DNA of 64,000 nt from Vitrella brassicaformis CCMP3155 (GCA_001179505.1 CDMY01001036.1:62001-126000); one strand, 5' to 3'. Counted from the first letter of the stretch, positions 1 to 13,088 are shown. The notes: generated by a model from the sequence alone, not told the origin. Translations and numbers: made by a program.

Positions 1-1560
1 CGATGGGTCCTTTCTTCACCTGAGCGGCACTGGCCCCAGTTCCACCAACGGGTCTTCGATGTACTGCTCCAAGGCGCAGGGAGTGTGGCACAACGTCGAC
101 AGATCTAAGCACTTGACACCCAACTGAAACACACACACACAAACCACAGAGACACCAACACGGACACACACACGGCTAATCTGAGTTGCCCTCTCCCCAT
201 CCATCCATCCATCCATCTCACTGAGGGTGCGATTGTGTGCAGCACGGCTGCAAAAGGGCCCAGCAGGGGGTGCATGGGCTTCCGCAGCATCTCCAGCTCA
301 GCAGGCCCACGAATTAGGGACCCGATCAGCACAGCAGACGAAAATGCTTCCGGCTCCTGCTCAGAACACAAAGCAAATATTTCGACTCTCACGCACGCGC
401 CAGCATACACACACGTGACATGCCCTAAATCTCACTTTCGCAAGCACATGTATGCCGATGAGTCCGCCCATGGAGTGAGCCAGCAGGTGGAATGGGGGCA
501 CATTTGCCCGCGGCTGCAGCTTGGCTGCACCGCTGTCACCATCACCAGAGGCCTCGGGAGGGACCACTCCCGGGCACCGGGATACATACCGGCTGCGGAC
601 TGCACACACGGGAAAGAAGGCAATCGATCTGAAGTGTGTCAGGCGGGACTGCGGTATGTTTACATACCTGTGTGGACGAGCAGCAGTACGTCCTCTACAA
701 GCCACTCATAGTTCCATAAGAGCCCCCGCCGGCCCCACGCACTGTCGGACTGCCCATGACCCATGTGGTCCTGCCATACAGCCATCCAGCCATCCAGCCA
801 TGGGCGGACGGACGGACACCAACCAACCATAGGTGAGGTGAATGACAGTGTGTAGACAGACGTGAGTGAGTGCCCCTTGATTGGATTGAGCCCGGTGGTT
901 TCGGTCTTTCTTTGCCAGCTCGCCCACCCACCAGTGCAAACACGTCGAGTCCCTGCTGCGTGAGAGCCGTAGCAACGTGCTCGTATCGCCCGCAGTGCTC
1001 AGCTACATACACACACAGACATGACACACACGCACACACACACACGCGCAATTAACGATGCAACCCCTGTCTTACTGCCAGCCTGCCAGCCTGCCTCACT
1101 CAGTACCGTATCCATGTATAATGAAGACGACGCCCTTGGCGAACCCATCCGACTCACCCACCACCCCCTGGGCTGGCCAGAACCTCGTGTGCAGCCACAA
1201 TCCCCTGGGTCGGGAGCCAGCCAAAGAAAGAAGCATTCAGTCGTGACAGAAAAGAGGTAGAGGTAGGTGCCCATCACACGTACTCTCTACGCTTCGGTGG
1301 GCCATTTACCTGCTGTTGACGATGAAGTGAGGCAACATCGTTCCCGGCACCGTTTGCCGTGATGACACCTGCCGGTGTTTCCTTCGCTTCCTCCACGCCG
1401 CAAACAGCCTCAGGAGCCGCCACACGCCCACAGATGCGCTGAGTACGATGAGTAGTTTGCGCCATAGCGGCCGCCTCGTCGGATGGATGAGTGCGACTTC
1501 AGATCTCGGACGTCTGGCTGCAGGGAGCGGATGGGTCAGGCCGTGTGATGCTTCTATCAT
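1..1560 (-). CDS. Monoacylglycerol lipase/lysophospholipase-like alpha/beta hydrolase (Hydrolase_4 family), multi-exon, 3' end runs off the window
   Basis: Spliced minus-strand exons give FIVNSR|GLWLHTRFW...KGVVFIIHGY|AEHCGRYEHVATALTQQGLDVFAL|DHMGHGQSD...|PFHLLAHSMGGLI (nucleophile motif)...EQYIEDPLV. Probable start MIEASHG at 1560 with an N-terminal hydrophobic stretch (LLIVLSASVGVWRLLRLF). Confidence 0.9.
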
Positions 1561-2007
1561 TGGTTTTGGTCGCTTCCTGCATGGTGAGCTCGCAGCCAAG
1601 CTCGCATTGAAGAGGACCTCCTTTCCACATCTGGCTCAGCTGCTACGGGCGCTGTTGGTGCTTGCTGCAGTCGTTTTATTGAAGACCGCGTCAGCTGCGA
1701 TGGAGCGTCCCGTTCCCCTCCTCTCAGACGGCTCAGTTAGTGCCACAGCTTGACCGAGTGGGTGCTCCCATACTGCCTTGTGTCCTAGAATGCATGGAGC
1801 GAATGACCACCAGACGACATGGCCATGATCTGCATGTATGCGGCCGTCGTTCGCAGCGCATTGCATATCCTCCTCTCTGCTGCATCTGCCCTCTGCGTGC
1901 TGCGTGTTGCGTGTCCGGGTTGCATGTTAGGGTGCCTGTTTCATGTTGGACAGACCGACAGGGGACTTGGCCGTCAGGCCACCTAGGATGCTGCCTGAAA
2001 CCGCTGC

Positions 2008-2803
2008 ATGATCTGCGCTCGTATGGTCACTCTGCTGCTGTTTTGGGTTCTCACATCCTCGGCAATGCCGCCGGCCGTTGCCTTTCTCCCCTCGCACCGC
2101 ATCATGTCGCATCAGCCCTTTCACAGGCACCTGGTGCCGTCCGTTCAGCCTCTCGCCCAGCCACGGCAAAGAATATTTCAGCGGGTAGCCACCTGGCGCC
2201 ATGCTGAGGAAGGTCAAACGTCTGGACAGCTTGTGGGAGAGGCGTTGTGGGAGCGCCTTGTGGGGGAGAAGGATCTGATTATAGACGGCTGGCTTTACAC
2301 TTACCTGTCCACGATTGAGAAGGTCAACGCATTTGCCATCTTCGAAAACTTCGTGGCCAACGCGCTCGTCAACAGCGGCCTTCAAGACGGATGGACCTAC
2401 GAGTGAGTATGTGTGTGTGTGGTTAGATGCAGTCGGGCAGAAAGAAGCTTGAATGAAGGACTTGTGTGAGCGAGCACTCGTGTGTCCACTCTATGGAATG
2501 GTGTGTATCAATCAATGTGTGTAGGAATGTGATCTGCACGCCCCAGCTGGAGCAAATTGAGGCGCTGGGAGGGATCATCAACCATCGGAGCCTCGATCAG
2601 GTAAGCGGCTCTGCCTGCCTGCCTGCCTGACTGTTGATTCATCCGTGTGTGTAGGTGGGTGACCACACACTGCGTTTGATGGTCGACACACACCACAAGT
2701 GCTGCAAAGATGAGCGACACTTCGTCGACTTCTACCAGGACCTGTCCGAAGAACTCGCCAAACGTGAGCGGGCAGAAGCATCGCACACTGTCGTCAAATT
2801 CGC

Positions 2804-2840
<37 letters not shown>

Positions 2841-3185
2841 TGTGTGTATGTGGCGTTGGCCTTATTGCAACCTGCAGCTGAGTACGACTTGTGGGGCATT
2901 TGTCAGCCCATCTACATCAGAATGCCTCAGGACGACCTCTGCCGTGCCATGGTCAGCACGCACACACACTCACACAAACGGCCCCCTGCCGACTCGATTG
3001 CCTACGTGTGTCGTACGTATTTGTATGGCTTGTGCATTCACTCACTCACGCAGGAGATCATCATTGGGTCGATGGGCCTCGAGACATCCCGGAAGGACTT
3101 CCACGGGCCGATTGACAGACAAATGGAGCTATTCGAGCAAGACCGGCAGGCGAAACTCAAGAGGCTTGCTGAGCAGAAGATTTGA
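2008..3185 (+). CDS. Hypothetical protein, copy A, with signal peptide plus transit-like leader (possible plastid targeting)
   Basis: Five exons joined by GT-AG introns: MVTLLLFWVLTSSAMPPAVAF-LPSHR...DGWTYE|NVICTPQ...SLDQ|VGDHTLRL...ELAKP|EYDLWGICQPIYIRMPQDDLCRAM|EIIIGSMG...AEQKI*. Exon structure is mirrored in copy B. Confidence 0.75.
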
Positions 3186-4223
3186 TGGGCAACATGGAAG
3201 CTGGCAGTCCATCCCACAGAGAGAGGGCGGGGGACTTATCAATCCACACACAAGTGCGCACCAGGGTTGTGCGTCGGTTGTGGTCTGCCCATTAGATCGT
3301 GTGTCTTGCCTGCGCTCGCTGTCCAATTGTCGCCTAGCGATGCGATGGAGGTGTACAATGAGCGTCTTTGCTGTCTGTCTTATTTGTCCTCAGCTTAATT
3401 TGTGAGGAATTAGCACTGTTAGATGTGGACCGATTCTCACCGCACCGGCAGATCGACCAGACCACTACCATGATGACATGACGGCCACGTTCACGTGCAG
3501 CCAGTGTATCGCGTCTCTACGTCATGTAGACATGCGATGAACGAATGGAGTGCGATATCGAGCCAATCAATCCGTCGCACACGCAAGGGCCCCCTCTCAA
3601 ATACACACACCGATAGAGTGTAGACACCCACCCGACACGAACGAGTAATGGATGGACAGACGGAGAGACACCTGGACTGGACAGCATTCGACCTAGATCA
3701 GCCTCCGATGCACACCCACACACACTCAGAGACGTTGTGCCATGCATGCGGCTGAGAAAACTTCCGAAGGGGAACAGAAAGCTGTCAGAATAGGTGGAGA
3801 GTCGGTGAGAATGGTCAATGCAAGGTAAGGTCTATGGATTTTGTGGAAAGTCCACGTAAAACATGTAGTATGCGTCGACGAGTGTCCAACGAGAGACTCA
3901 ACTGCAGTGTCTCCCGGGAGCGGATCGTCGGTCGAACCCTAGACCGTAAACCACGGACTTTTGCACTCCTCCGAGAGAGCTTCAAGCTCGCATTGAAGAG
4001 AAGGGCATTTTCGGATCTGATGCTCATTCTCCGCTGCTACGGGCGCTGTTGACGCTTACTGCAGCCGTTTCATTGAAGAGTGCGTCAGCTGCGATGGAGC
4101 GTCCCATTCAACTTCCCCTTCTCTCAGACGGCTCAGTTGGTCACACAGCTTGACCGAGTGGGTGCTCTCACACAAGCTTGCCTTGTGTCCTAGAATGCAT
4201 GGAGCGAATGACCACCAGACGAC

Positions 4224-5392
4224 ATGGAAATGATCTTGCTGACTGTTGGTAGCCTCCTGCTCATCTCGGCAGTGCCGCCGGCCGTTGCCTTTCTCCCCTC
4301 GCACCGCATCATGTCGCATCAGCCCTCTCACAGGCACCTGGTGCCGTCCGTTCAGCCTCTCGCCCAGCCACGGCAAAGAATATTTCAGCGTGCAGCGGCC
4401 AGCCGACGCCATGCGGTCCAAAAGCGTCAAACGTCTGGGCAGCTCTGGCAGCTGAGGAAGGTGCAGGCGTCGTATGAGCGCCTTGTGGGAGAGAAGGATG
4501 TGATTATAGACGCCTGGGTCTACCAGTACCTGTCCACGATCGAGAGGGTCATCGCGTTCGGCATCTTCGACAGCTTTGTGGCCAACGCGCTCGTCAACAG
4601 CGGCCTTCAAGACGGATGGACCTACGAGTGAGAATGTGTGTGTGTGGTTAGATGCAGTCGGGCAGAAAGAAAGAAGCTTGAATGAATGACCCGTGTGAGC
4701 GAGCACTCGTATGTCCACTCTATGGTATGGTGTTTATCAATGTGTGTAGGAATGTGATCTGCACGCCCCAGGTAGAGCAAATTGAGGCGCTGGGAGGCAT
4801 CATCAACCATCGGAGCCTCGATCAGGTAAGCGACTCTGCCTGCCTGCCTGCCTGTTGGTTCATCCGTGTGTGCAGGTGGGTGACCACAAGCTGCGTTTGA
4901 TGGTCGATACACACCACCAGTGCTGCAAAGATGAGCGACACTTCGTCGAGTTCTACCAGGACTTGTCCGAAGAACTCGCCAAGCGTGAGCGGGCAGAAGC
5001 ATCGCACACTGTCGTCGAATTCGTCTCTCTCTCTCTCTCTCTCTGTGTGTCTGTGTGTGTGTGTGTGTGGCGTTGGCCTTATTGCACCAGCTGAGTACGA
5101 CTTGTGGGGCATTTGTCAGCCCATCTACATCAGAATGCCTCAGGACGACCTCTGCCGTGCCATGGTCAGTACACACACACTCACACAAACGGCCCCCTGC
5201 CGATTCGATTGCCCACGTGTGTCGTGTGTATTTGTATGGGGTGTGCATTCACTCACTTAGGAGACCATCATCGGGTCGATGGGCCTCGAGACATCCCGGA
5301 AGGACTTCCACGGGCCGATTGACAGACAAATGGAGCTATTCGAGCAAGAACGGCAGGCGAAACTCAAGACGCTTGCCGAGCAGAAAATCTGA
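4224..5392 (+). CDS. Hypothetical protein, copy B (tandem paralog of 2008-3185)
   Basis: Same exon/intron layout and near-identical peptides (MEMILLTVGSLLLISAVPPAVAFLPSHR...DGWTYE...KDFHGPIDRQMELFEQERQAKLKTLAEQKI*). Confidence 0.75.
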
Positions 5393-8109
5393 TGGGCAGC
5401 ATAAACGCTGGCAGCCCATCCCACACAGAGAGAGAGGGCGGGGGACTCATCAATCCACACACAAGTGCGCACCAGGGTTGTGCGTCGGTTGTGGTCTGTC
5501 CATTAGATCGTGTGTTGCCTGCGCTCGCTGTCCAATTGTCGCCTGGCAATGCGATGGAGGTGTAGAATGAGCGTCTTTGCTGTCTGTCTTATTTATGCTC
5601 AGTTTGATTTGTGAGCAATTAGTGTTAGACGTGGACCGATTCTCACCGGCAGATCGACCAGACCACTACCATGATGACATGACCTGCACGTGCAGCGAGT
5701 GTGTCGCGTCTCTACGTCATGTAGACATGCGATGAATGAATGGAGTGCGATATCGATCCGTCGCACTCACACACGCAAGGGCCCCCTCTCAAATACACAC
5801 ACCGATAGTGTAGACACCCACCCGACACGGACGAGTAATGGATGGACAGACGGAGAGACACCTGGACTGGACAGCATTCGAACTAGATCAGCCTCCGATG
5901 CACAGCCACACACTCAGAGATGATGTGCCATGTGTACGTGTGTGGGAAGGGTCCAGTTGACACCTCTCTCTCTGTCATATCAGTCACCAAAGCTTCCTTC
6001 ATCCCTCAAACAAAGGTGGCATAGGCAGGCAGGCCAACACCACGCAGCACACGAATGGGAAATGGGATCGACACTTGCGGGTGCACTGGCCAGGTAGCCA
6101 TGCACCCGACTGCAGAAACGAAAAATACATACAGCAGGAGATCCACATGAGATACACACACACACACACGTGGCAGGGGTGTGTGCGCGTCTGCCTGTCC
6201 ATGCGATGCGATGCGATGAGAGAGCGATCGGCCATCAAATCCATGCCTTGAAAAAAGGCGCATTACACCTGACGCGACATGCGACACGAACACCACATGA
6301 GTGTGAGTGGAGTGGGCGGTGAGTGCGATCGACAAAGCTCGATGCGGGTGTGCGTGTGGGGGGCATACCTACCAGAGAACATGCCCGCCCCGCCCCGCCA
6401 GCGGACACACCAAAGATCGACAAGCTGACAGACAGACAGACAGACGGACAGCAGCCACGGAGTGACCTGACTGACCTGCCTGACCTGTCAGTGATAAAAA
6501 GACAGACATCACATCCCATCCCATCACCGACGCATAAAGTCACCAGAGGGGCCCACCCACCCTGATATGCAATGGAGTGAATGCCCGCCAGCCCGCCCGC
6601 CCGCCCGCCCGCCCGCCAGGCCAGCCACCTTTCCGTCAAAGTGGCGAGCGACGAGTACGAGTGCACACACACATCGCACGGCATCATCGGTTTTTGTTGT
6701 GGCTGCTCTAGTCCTGTCTGTCCCCCAAGGCTTTTGTTGTCATCTGAGCAGACCACTGTCAACGGTCAGACTACCCCTGCTGCATCAGGGAGCACCTAAG
6801 CGTCGATCATGGCGTAGCTAGACGACAACAAAGAGGGGAGACAGGCGGCTTGAGGCAGAGGTCACATATGGCCGGCCATCCATCCATCCATCCATCCACT
6901 CCTCGCCGCTCACCCTTTCGCATACACACAGCCAGGTGCTACCCATATGTATAATTGTGATGCTGCTTCCTTCCTTCTCTCTCTCTATCGACATGGCCGC
7001 CGCCAACACACACACACAGACAGACAGACAGACAGCCGAGTATAGGTCGAGGTAGTGGTAGCATACATAGGCTGTAGCTATTGACACCTATATGGTGAAG
7101 GGAAGATCCCTCGCAAACACTCGCTTCTTTCACCGTCGCCCTCGCCCATACCCTCGCTCCAACAAATGCGCCAACGTAGTCAGTAGTTAGTGATGTAAAC
7201 CCTCTCTCTCTCTCTCTCTCTCTCTCGGAATGGCAGCATCTCTCTCTCTCTCTCACTCTCATTTCACAAATATCAGTACGCACACACAGATCGATGCGCA
7301 AAATACAACACGGATATCCACAGAGGAGAGGCACTGGCGACTGTGATACATATATTACGGCGGCCCACCGGACACGCCCACAAGCGCATCCACGCAGCCA
7401 CACCACACCCTGGCCCTTCAAAACACCGCACACACACGCAATACACATCCATACACATACACACACACACATGTATATCAAGATGCGCAAAACGGACGGC
7501 ACACGCAGCCACAGGGGTTTCAACGAGTGAGTGGGTCAGTGGGCGAGGGCAGCGCCCACTACGCACACGAAATTCCTGTGCGAATTACATACACACATGG
7601 CGTTCCCTCATCCGCTCCAGACACTCACCCACCCGACCATCCCATCCACTGCCTGCCTCACCGAACCGACCCACTCTCTCACCCACCCCACACACACACA
7701 CACATATATGTATATATATATATATATGTCAACAGACAGATAGATACCCACTGGTCGGTCACTCAGTCAGTCAGCCAAAAGGAGGGACGCTTAAATACAC
7801 ACACACACACACACTCACACACATACACACATACACACATATACCTGAGAGCGAACCGAGCGAGTAAATCAATCCCTCTGTCTTGTGACTAGAATGATCC
7901 CTCTCAGCAGACAGACAGACAGTGAGACAGACAGACAGCCAGACGGTGAGTGGATGAATGACACACCCATTTCCCCCAGCCCCTCCCCCATCCCTCCCCC
8001 CTCCCCCCCTTTGTGAATTGTCACGGCAAGGATCCCTCCCGAGATCGCCTGCCGCGAGTCATATGACGACATTCATATGAATCGGTCGGCATGAGAAGCA
8101 GCCGGACAT

Positions 8110-8215
8110 GGAGGCAAAACAGACAAGACAGGCAGCCGGACAGACAGACAGACAGGCAGCCGGCCAGACAGACAGGCAGCCGGCCAGACAGACAGTGAGG
8201 CGGATGGTGAAGTGG
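8110..8215. repeat. Short tandem repeat of GACAGGCAGCCGG(C/A)CAGACA units in a microsatellite-rich interval
   Basis: Three adjacent imperfect copies visible in the sequence. Flanking 6400-8550 is rich in (GACA)n, (CA)n, (TA)n, (CT)n and (GGCA)n. Confidence 0.7.
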
Positions 8216-8554
8216 AGAACAGAGGAAGCAGATGTCACCATTGTGGGCTCAAAAATCCCTGAGGTGTGCATTGTAGACAGACAGATGGAACGAAAGACAG
8301 ACAGGAAGGATGCGGGCGGGCAGGCAGGCGGGCAGGCAGGCGGGCAGCCGAGCGAAGAGAAAACTGCCGTCCGCCCGCCCGCCAGGGACAAATCTCTCTC
8401 ACACTAACTAGTGCATCCTTGCATGTGAAGTGCAAACAAACATCTCTCTCAAAGTCAAATCTCTCTCCCATCTCTCTCGCTCTCTCTCAGATCTCTCTCA
8501 TCCCTCACACACACGCAATACCTAGCCACCCAGCCCCCCCCCCCCCCCCCCCGC

Positions 8555-8854
8555 NNNNNNNNNNNNNNNNNNNNNNNNNNNNNNNNNNNNNNNNNNNNNN
8601 NNNNNNNNNNNNNNNNNNNNNNNNNNNNNNNNNNNNNNNNNNNNNNNNNNNNNNNNNNNNNNNNNNNNNNNNNNNNNNNNNNNNNNNNNNNNNNNNNNNN
8701 NNNNNNNNNNNNNNNNNNNNNNNNNNNNNNNNNNNNNNNNNNNNNNNNNNNNNNNNNNNNNNNNNNNNNNNNNNNNNNNNNNNNNNNNNNNNNNNNNNNN
8801 NNNNNNNNNNNNNNNNNNNNNNNNNNNNNNNNNNNNNNNNNNNNNNNNNNNNNN
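8555..8854. other. Assembly gap (300 N)
   Basis: Run of N flanked by poly-C; same length as the second gap, so probably a fixed placeholder. Confidence 1.
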
Positions 8855-9027
8855 CCCCCCGCTGCCCATACATACCAACTGCAATCGACCTCTCTGCGCG
8901 TGAGTCACCCATCATATACCGGTCAGAACCCCCAAATCGCTACCTGGCTAGCTACCAATCGCTCGCTACCTTCACAGCCCATCCATCGATCCATGTGCTC
9001 GGCGGGCGAGCAGGTCACTCAGGTCAC

Positions 9028-10153
9028 TCACTCTGTGTATCGGCTGGGCTGTGCCGCCTTGAGCTGCTCGCTCACGCCCTCCTCCCTGGCACGGTCGGCC
9101 ACCAGCGACAGCAGTGGCGGCACGGGCATGGGGATGGCAGGGAACGACACTGGGGTCGCCGTCACGGAGGAGCCGTCAACACACAGGGAGGGGAAGCCCA
9201 CCGATGCCATGGAGGCGGCGGCGGGCCCAGTCATCGGCGCCGGCGACAGGGGTGGGGAGAGGGGGAATGCGCCGTCCACACACGTGATGGGAATGATCGG
9301 GGTCAGGGGCAGCTGCAGGCTCATGAAGGTGCTGGTGCCGGTGGTGACGCCGCCCTCGTGTTGGCGGCCGATGTGCTGCGGGTGTGGCGTCCCGTCAGCT
9401 GGTGTGGCCGTGAGTGCCGGCGACAGGATGAGGCCGCCGCCGTCGACAAAGCTGGAGCGGCTGGATGGCGTCACGCTCACCGCCCCCTCGCCGATGGCCA
9501 CGAATGGCGGCAGTGGCACCGCACTGAGGTCCACGCCCCCACCCATCCCGCCGTCCATGTGTCGCAGCATGTCCACGTCAAAGGTGTGTGGGGGATGGCG
9601 TGGCGTCTTGGGGTGGGTGATGGGTGTGCCGACCAAGGGCGTGAGTGTGCGGCGGGTGATGGCGCGGCTCGCTGTGGCCGAGTCCCCTAGCAGTGGGTAC
9701 GCGCGCGGCGGGCGAGGGGTCGAGGATGGCTCATGTGCCAGCAGCTCGGGGTGGTACTTCTTGACATCTTTGAACCCTGACAGACAGATAGACAGACAGA
9801 CAGACAGAAGAGAGTGTGTGGTGATGCGATACGTGTGTGTGGTAGGTACCGTACCGTGTGCGAATCTGCAGCGGTCCCCCAGGCTACATGACCCCTTCTT
9901 CCACTTCTGACATATCTGCACAACCAACACACATACAGCCCTGGGCGGATCCATCGACGCGCAGGCCTCCTTGGCTGGTTGTGGCATGACTGACTACGTA
10001 ACGTACCTGTGTCTTGTACAGTTCGGGTGTACTTCTGAGTTCGCTCTCGTGGTGGGCGAACCTGCAGTTGCGATCCGTGCAGCTGCCGCTCTCACGGAAG
10101 GCCTTGCACATCGTGGTCTTGCTCAGGTCAGGCAACGAACGCATCTCGGAACG

Positions 10154-10191
<38 letters not shown>

Positions 10192-10566
10192 GCATGACGC
10201 CCATACCGCCTCCCTCACCCCCTCACCCACCCCTCCGTCCGTCCACTCCTCCCCTCTGTGTGCACTGCAGTGACTGTATGTCGGTGGGTGGCTTACGCTA
10301 TGTGCGTAGTTGCAGTTGTCCCCCTTGGCACACCTCCCGTTGATGTACATGTTGCACATCTTGGTCTGAACACACAAACACACAAACACACAAATACAGC
10401 TACACAAGGTGAGCGTTGTCCGCTGGATGGACGGCGTGGCCGCCCTTTCGCCAGGTGCGCTGACCTTGATCATGCGCTGCACCAGCGACGCTGGGAACCG
10501 CGCAAGCTTGGTGTCAGGCGTCGTGGGGCTCGATGGTGGCGGGGTGTTTGGGCTACTCTCGGTCAT
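9028..10566 (-). CDS. Tandem CCCH zinc-finger RNA-binding protein (three fingers) with Pro/Ser-rich tail; 3' end uncertain
   Basis: Exons MTESSPNT...LVQRMIK|TKMCNMYINGRCAKGDNCNYAH|S...LPDLSKTTMCKAFRESGSCTDRNCRFAHHESELRSTPELYKTQ|ICQKWKKGSCSLGDRCRFAHG: three C-x7/8-C-x4/5-C-x3-H motifs with K-T lead-ins. A GTGAGT donor near 9030 suggests the gene may continue toward the gap. Confidence 0.85.
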
Positions 10567-11063
10567 GACGGCAGGCGGGAAGACGCGGCAAACAGACGGT
10601 GCAAGGCAAGATGCCCTCGCGTGTGGTGTCTGGCGAGGCTGCTGCAGCGATGGATGGTGGCGGGTGTATTGTATTCCTGCAGAGTAGGGCGGGGCACGAC
10701 GGACGGGTGTAGGTGTCGTCGCGACGTGCAGGGTAGGGCAAGACAGCTCGGTAGACAGAATGGATCTTCGGTAGCTAGGCCCTGCGAACGCACCCGTGCG
10801 AAGGGCGAAATAGGAGAGGAGTGTTAGCGCGTTCTGAGCTTCCACCTGTTTCGCGTTTCCCTATCATGTTTGAGCTCGCAGATAGGAAAACTTCAGCACT
10901 TTTGAGGGTCCGGAATATCACGCTCGGTGTAGCTGACCGTTCTGCCCCTTTCGGCCACTGCAAAGGGCGTTTCCACTCGTGACACCGTCTCGGGACGCCC
11001 CTGTTTCCAAACGCCGTCCTGTGTTGCTCTCTGCGTTGAGCGCTCTGGCATCGTAATCGTAGC

Positions 11064-12442
11064 ATGGAGACCCTCCCCCAGGAGAAGCCCGAAGAGATCG
11101 ATATCGATGACGTTGAGGAGTTATCAAAGGTAAGAAAATGCCGGTTCCACTGTGCGTGAGGACCATCATATGCGCATCTCACGCCATGCCCCATGCCATC
11201 CAGGACTGTGCCCGTTTGCACTGTGTTGTGGCTGTGTGTGTGCATGCAACGCAATGCAGGACGAGTTTCTGTGGCGGTCGTTTGAGAGTTACGTGACGGT
11301 CAAGGAGTTGTCGCTGCGCGGCACTCTCGAGGACAACAAGGAGCAGGAACAGCCCATGGATAAGACGGTGAGTGAGAAGGGCAGAGGGACGGGTGAGTGA
11401 AAGGCAGGCACTCGGAGGCCGTTGTGGGTCGTGTGTATGTGTGGTGCAGGCTGACCGTCGTCGGTATGAGATTCAGGACCGCATTGAGCTGACGGGACCG
11501 GTGGGCACAGGACGTCTGTGTGTATGGTGGATGGATGGATGGCTGAAGGCACGTGCTCTTCATGTGTGTGTGTGTGCGCAGATGCCCACGGCCTCGCTGT
11601 ATCAGATGTGCAAGAACAGGGATACCAAGTGAGTCTGTAACAGCACTTGAGACAGCAAAGGAGGGAGGCAGGGGCAGCGTCACGTCACAGCTCTGATGGA
11701 TGGATGGATGGATGGATGGTCTCTCTGCCCGTCCCGTCTGCATGTGTGTGTTTGTGTGCTGTGTGTGTGTTTGTTTGGTCGTTCCTTCAGGGAGTATGGT
11801 TGGTGCTTGATGCAGGAGGGCCCTTTGCGCATCACACGGCTCGACACATGGTGGGTACCCATACACACATCACATCAAGAAACACACACACACACACACA
11901 CACACATACACATACACACGTGTTCTTTCCCTGCGCTGCATGTGCCTCTGTGATGTGTCAGTTTCGTGTTGGCGGTGACGGCGCCCCCCCGGGCCACACT
12001 GCGTTCGGGGCCGATCCACTGCAGGTCGGCCAGCGGTGAGGCGCAGATAGTGTTCAAGACGGGCGAGAGGTACGACGCCTGGAGCAAGAGCAACCACCTG
12101 TTCATCCAAAACACCACCGCCGACGACTCAAAGGTAGGTCCCATACACTCTCTCTGCCTCCGTGGACGGCTGTGTGTGTATGTGTGTATGTGTGTGTATG
12201 TGTGTGTATGTGTGTTCATTCAGTGGAACCGTGAGCTGTATTCGCTGCGGGTGCACGACGTGGAGCACCACGAGTATTTCACCAAGGTGGTGCAGGAGAT
12301 CATCGACGACGTGCACACCCTGGTGCCGCCCACCCTCGTGCCCCTGCCGCCCCTCGAGCTGCCCCTGCCGCCCCCACTCCCCGGACGACGGCCCGTCGCA
12401 TCATACAGCTGCGTGGGAGCCATCGGCAACACATACTCGTGA
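11064..12442 (+). CDS. Hypothetical protein (~260 aa) with C-terminal polyproline stretch
   Basis: In-frame splicing of 7 exons: METLPQEKPEEIDIDDVEELSK|DEFLWRSFESYVTVKEL...|...|KEYGWCLMQEGPLRITRLDT|CFVLAV...YDAWSKSNHLFIQN...|WNRELYSLRVHDVEHHEYFTKVVQEII...*. No family recognised. Confidence 0.65.
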
Positions 12443-13088
12443 GCGACCATGGGAGGGAGGGAGGGAGGGAGGGAGGATGCCATCAATAATGGCATCTGTG
12501 TCGTGTGTTTGGGTGTCTGTGCAGGGAGGGGATTGACACGTGAGCGGAGTGGCTGGTATTGCGGGGGGTTGGGGGAAGAGGGTGCTGTGTGTTGATTGGT
12601 TGATTGGGTGGTCGGGCTGTGGCGTGCGTGGCGTAGTGAGCTGTGGAGGAGACAGACATGGATGCGTCCATGGAGGAGTGGGTGTGTGCTTGAGAGGGAG
12701 GGAGGGAGGGAGGGAGGGCGGCAGTGTTTTCTAATGCGATCGATGGCTGGCCAGCCGGACAATATATTGATGGGATGTCCAAGCATCAATCAACCAACAC
12801 CCATATACACATCTTATCCTTCGCTCTCAAAGGTGCCATGATGCCGCCGCAGCAGCACACCTCTACGCAGATGCCGTCGACCCATCCACGACACAAACTA
12901 TTGCACTGCACTGCAGTGCACTTCGCTGCGGCGGAGACCAATCCGAGATCAGAAAGCAACAACCTCCACACATGCATCATCCATCCACGCGAAGAACTGA
13001 CTCCCTCGTCGGGTGGAGCCTCCCACGAAGGCCCGTAGTCTGCACACACACATACAACGATGGCCGCGCCTTGATGCATTGATTGACA

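Larger units (their letters stand above)
1586..5930. repeat. Diverged tandem duplication (unit A ~1586-3750, unit B ~3984-5930)
   Basis: Collinear homology over upstream DNA (caagctcgcattgaagag...), the CDS, introns and ~550 bp downstream (accgatagagtgtagacacccacccgacacg...). Confidence 0.9.

Noticed and set aside
3760-3984. Possible relic of the lipase first exon between the duplicated units (shared gggagcggat)
   Set aside because: The match is only about 10 nt and the translated sequence is not convincingly similar.
5940-8550. Short protein-like minus-strand fragments (e.g. VGCMATWPVHPQVSIPFPIRV, ITVASASPLWISVLYF, AISGGILAVTIHK) suggesting a hidden multi-exon gene
   Set aside because: They could not be joined into a consistent frame or family; the region is dominated by microsatellites. 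Left unannotated pending RNA data.
8266-9910. Long plus-strand ORFs (474 and 336 aa) and similar antisense ORFs over SHMT, GMC, GH9 and the kinase
   Set aside because: Shadow frames of GC-rich coding sequence or artefacts of reading through N gaps.
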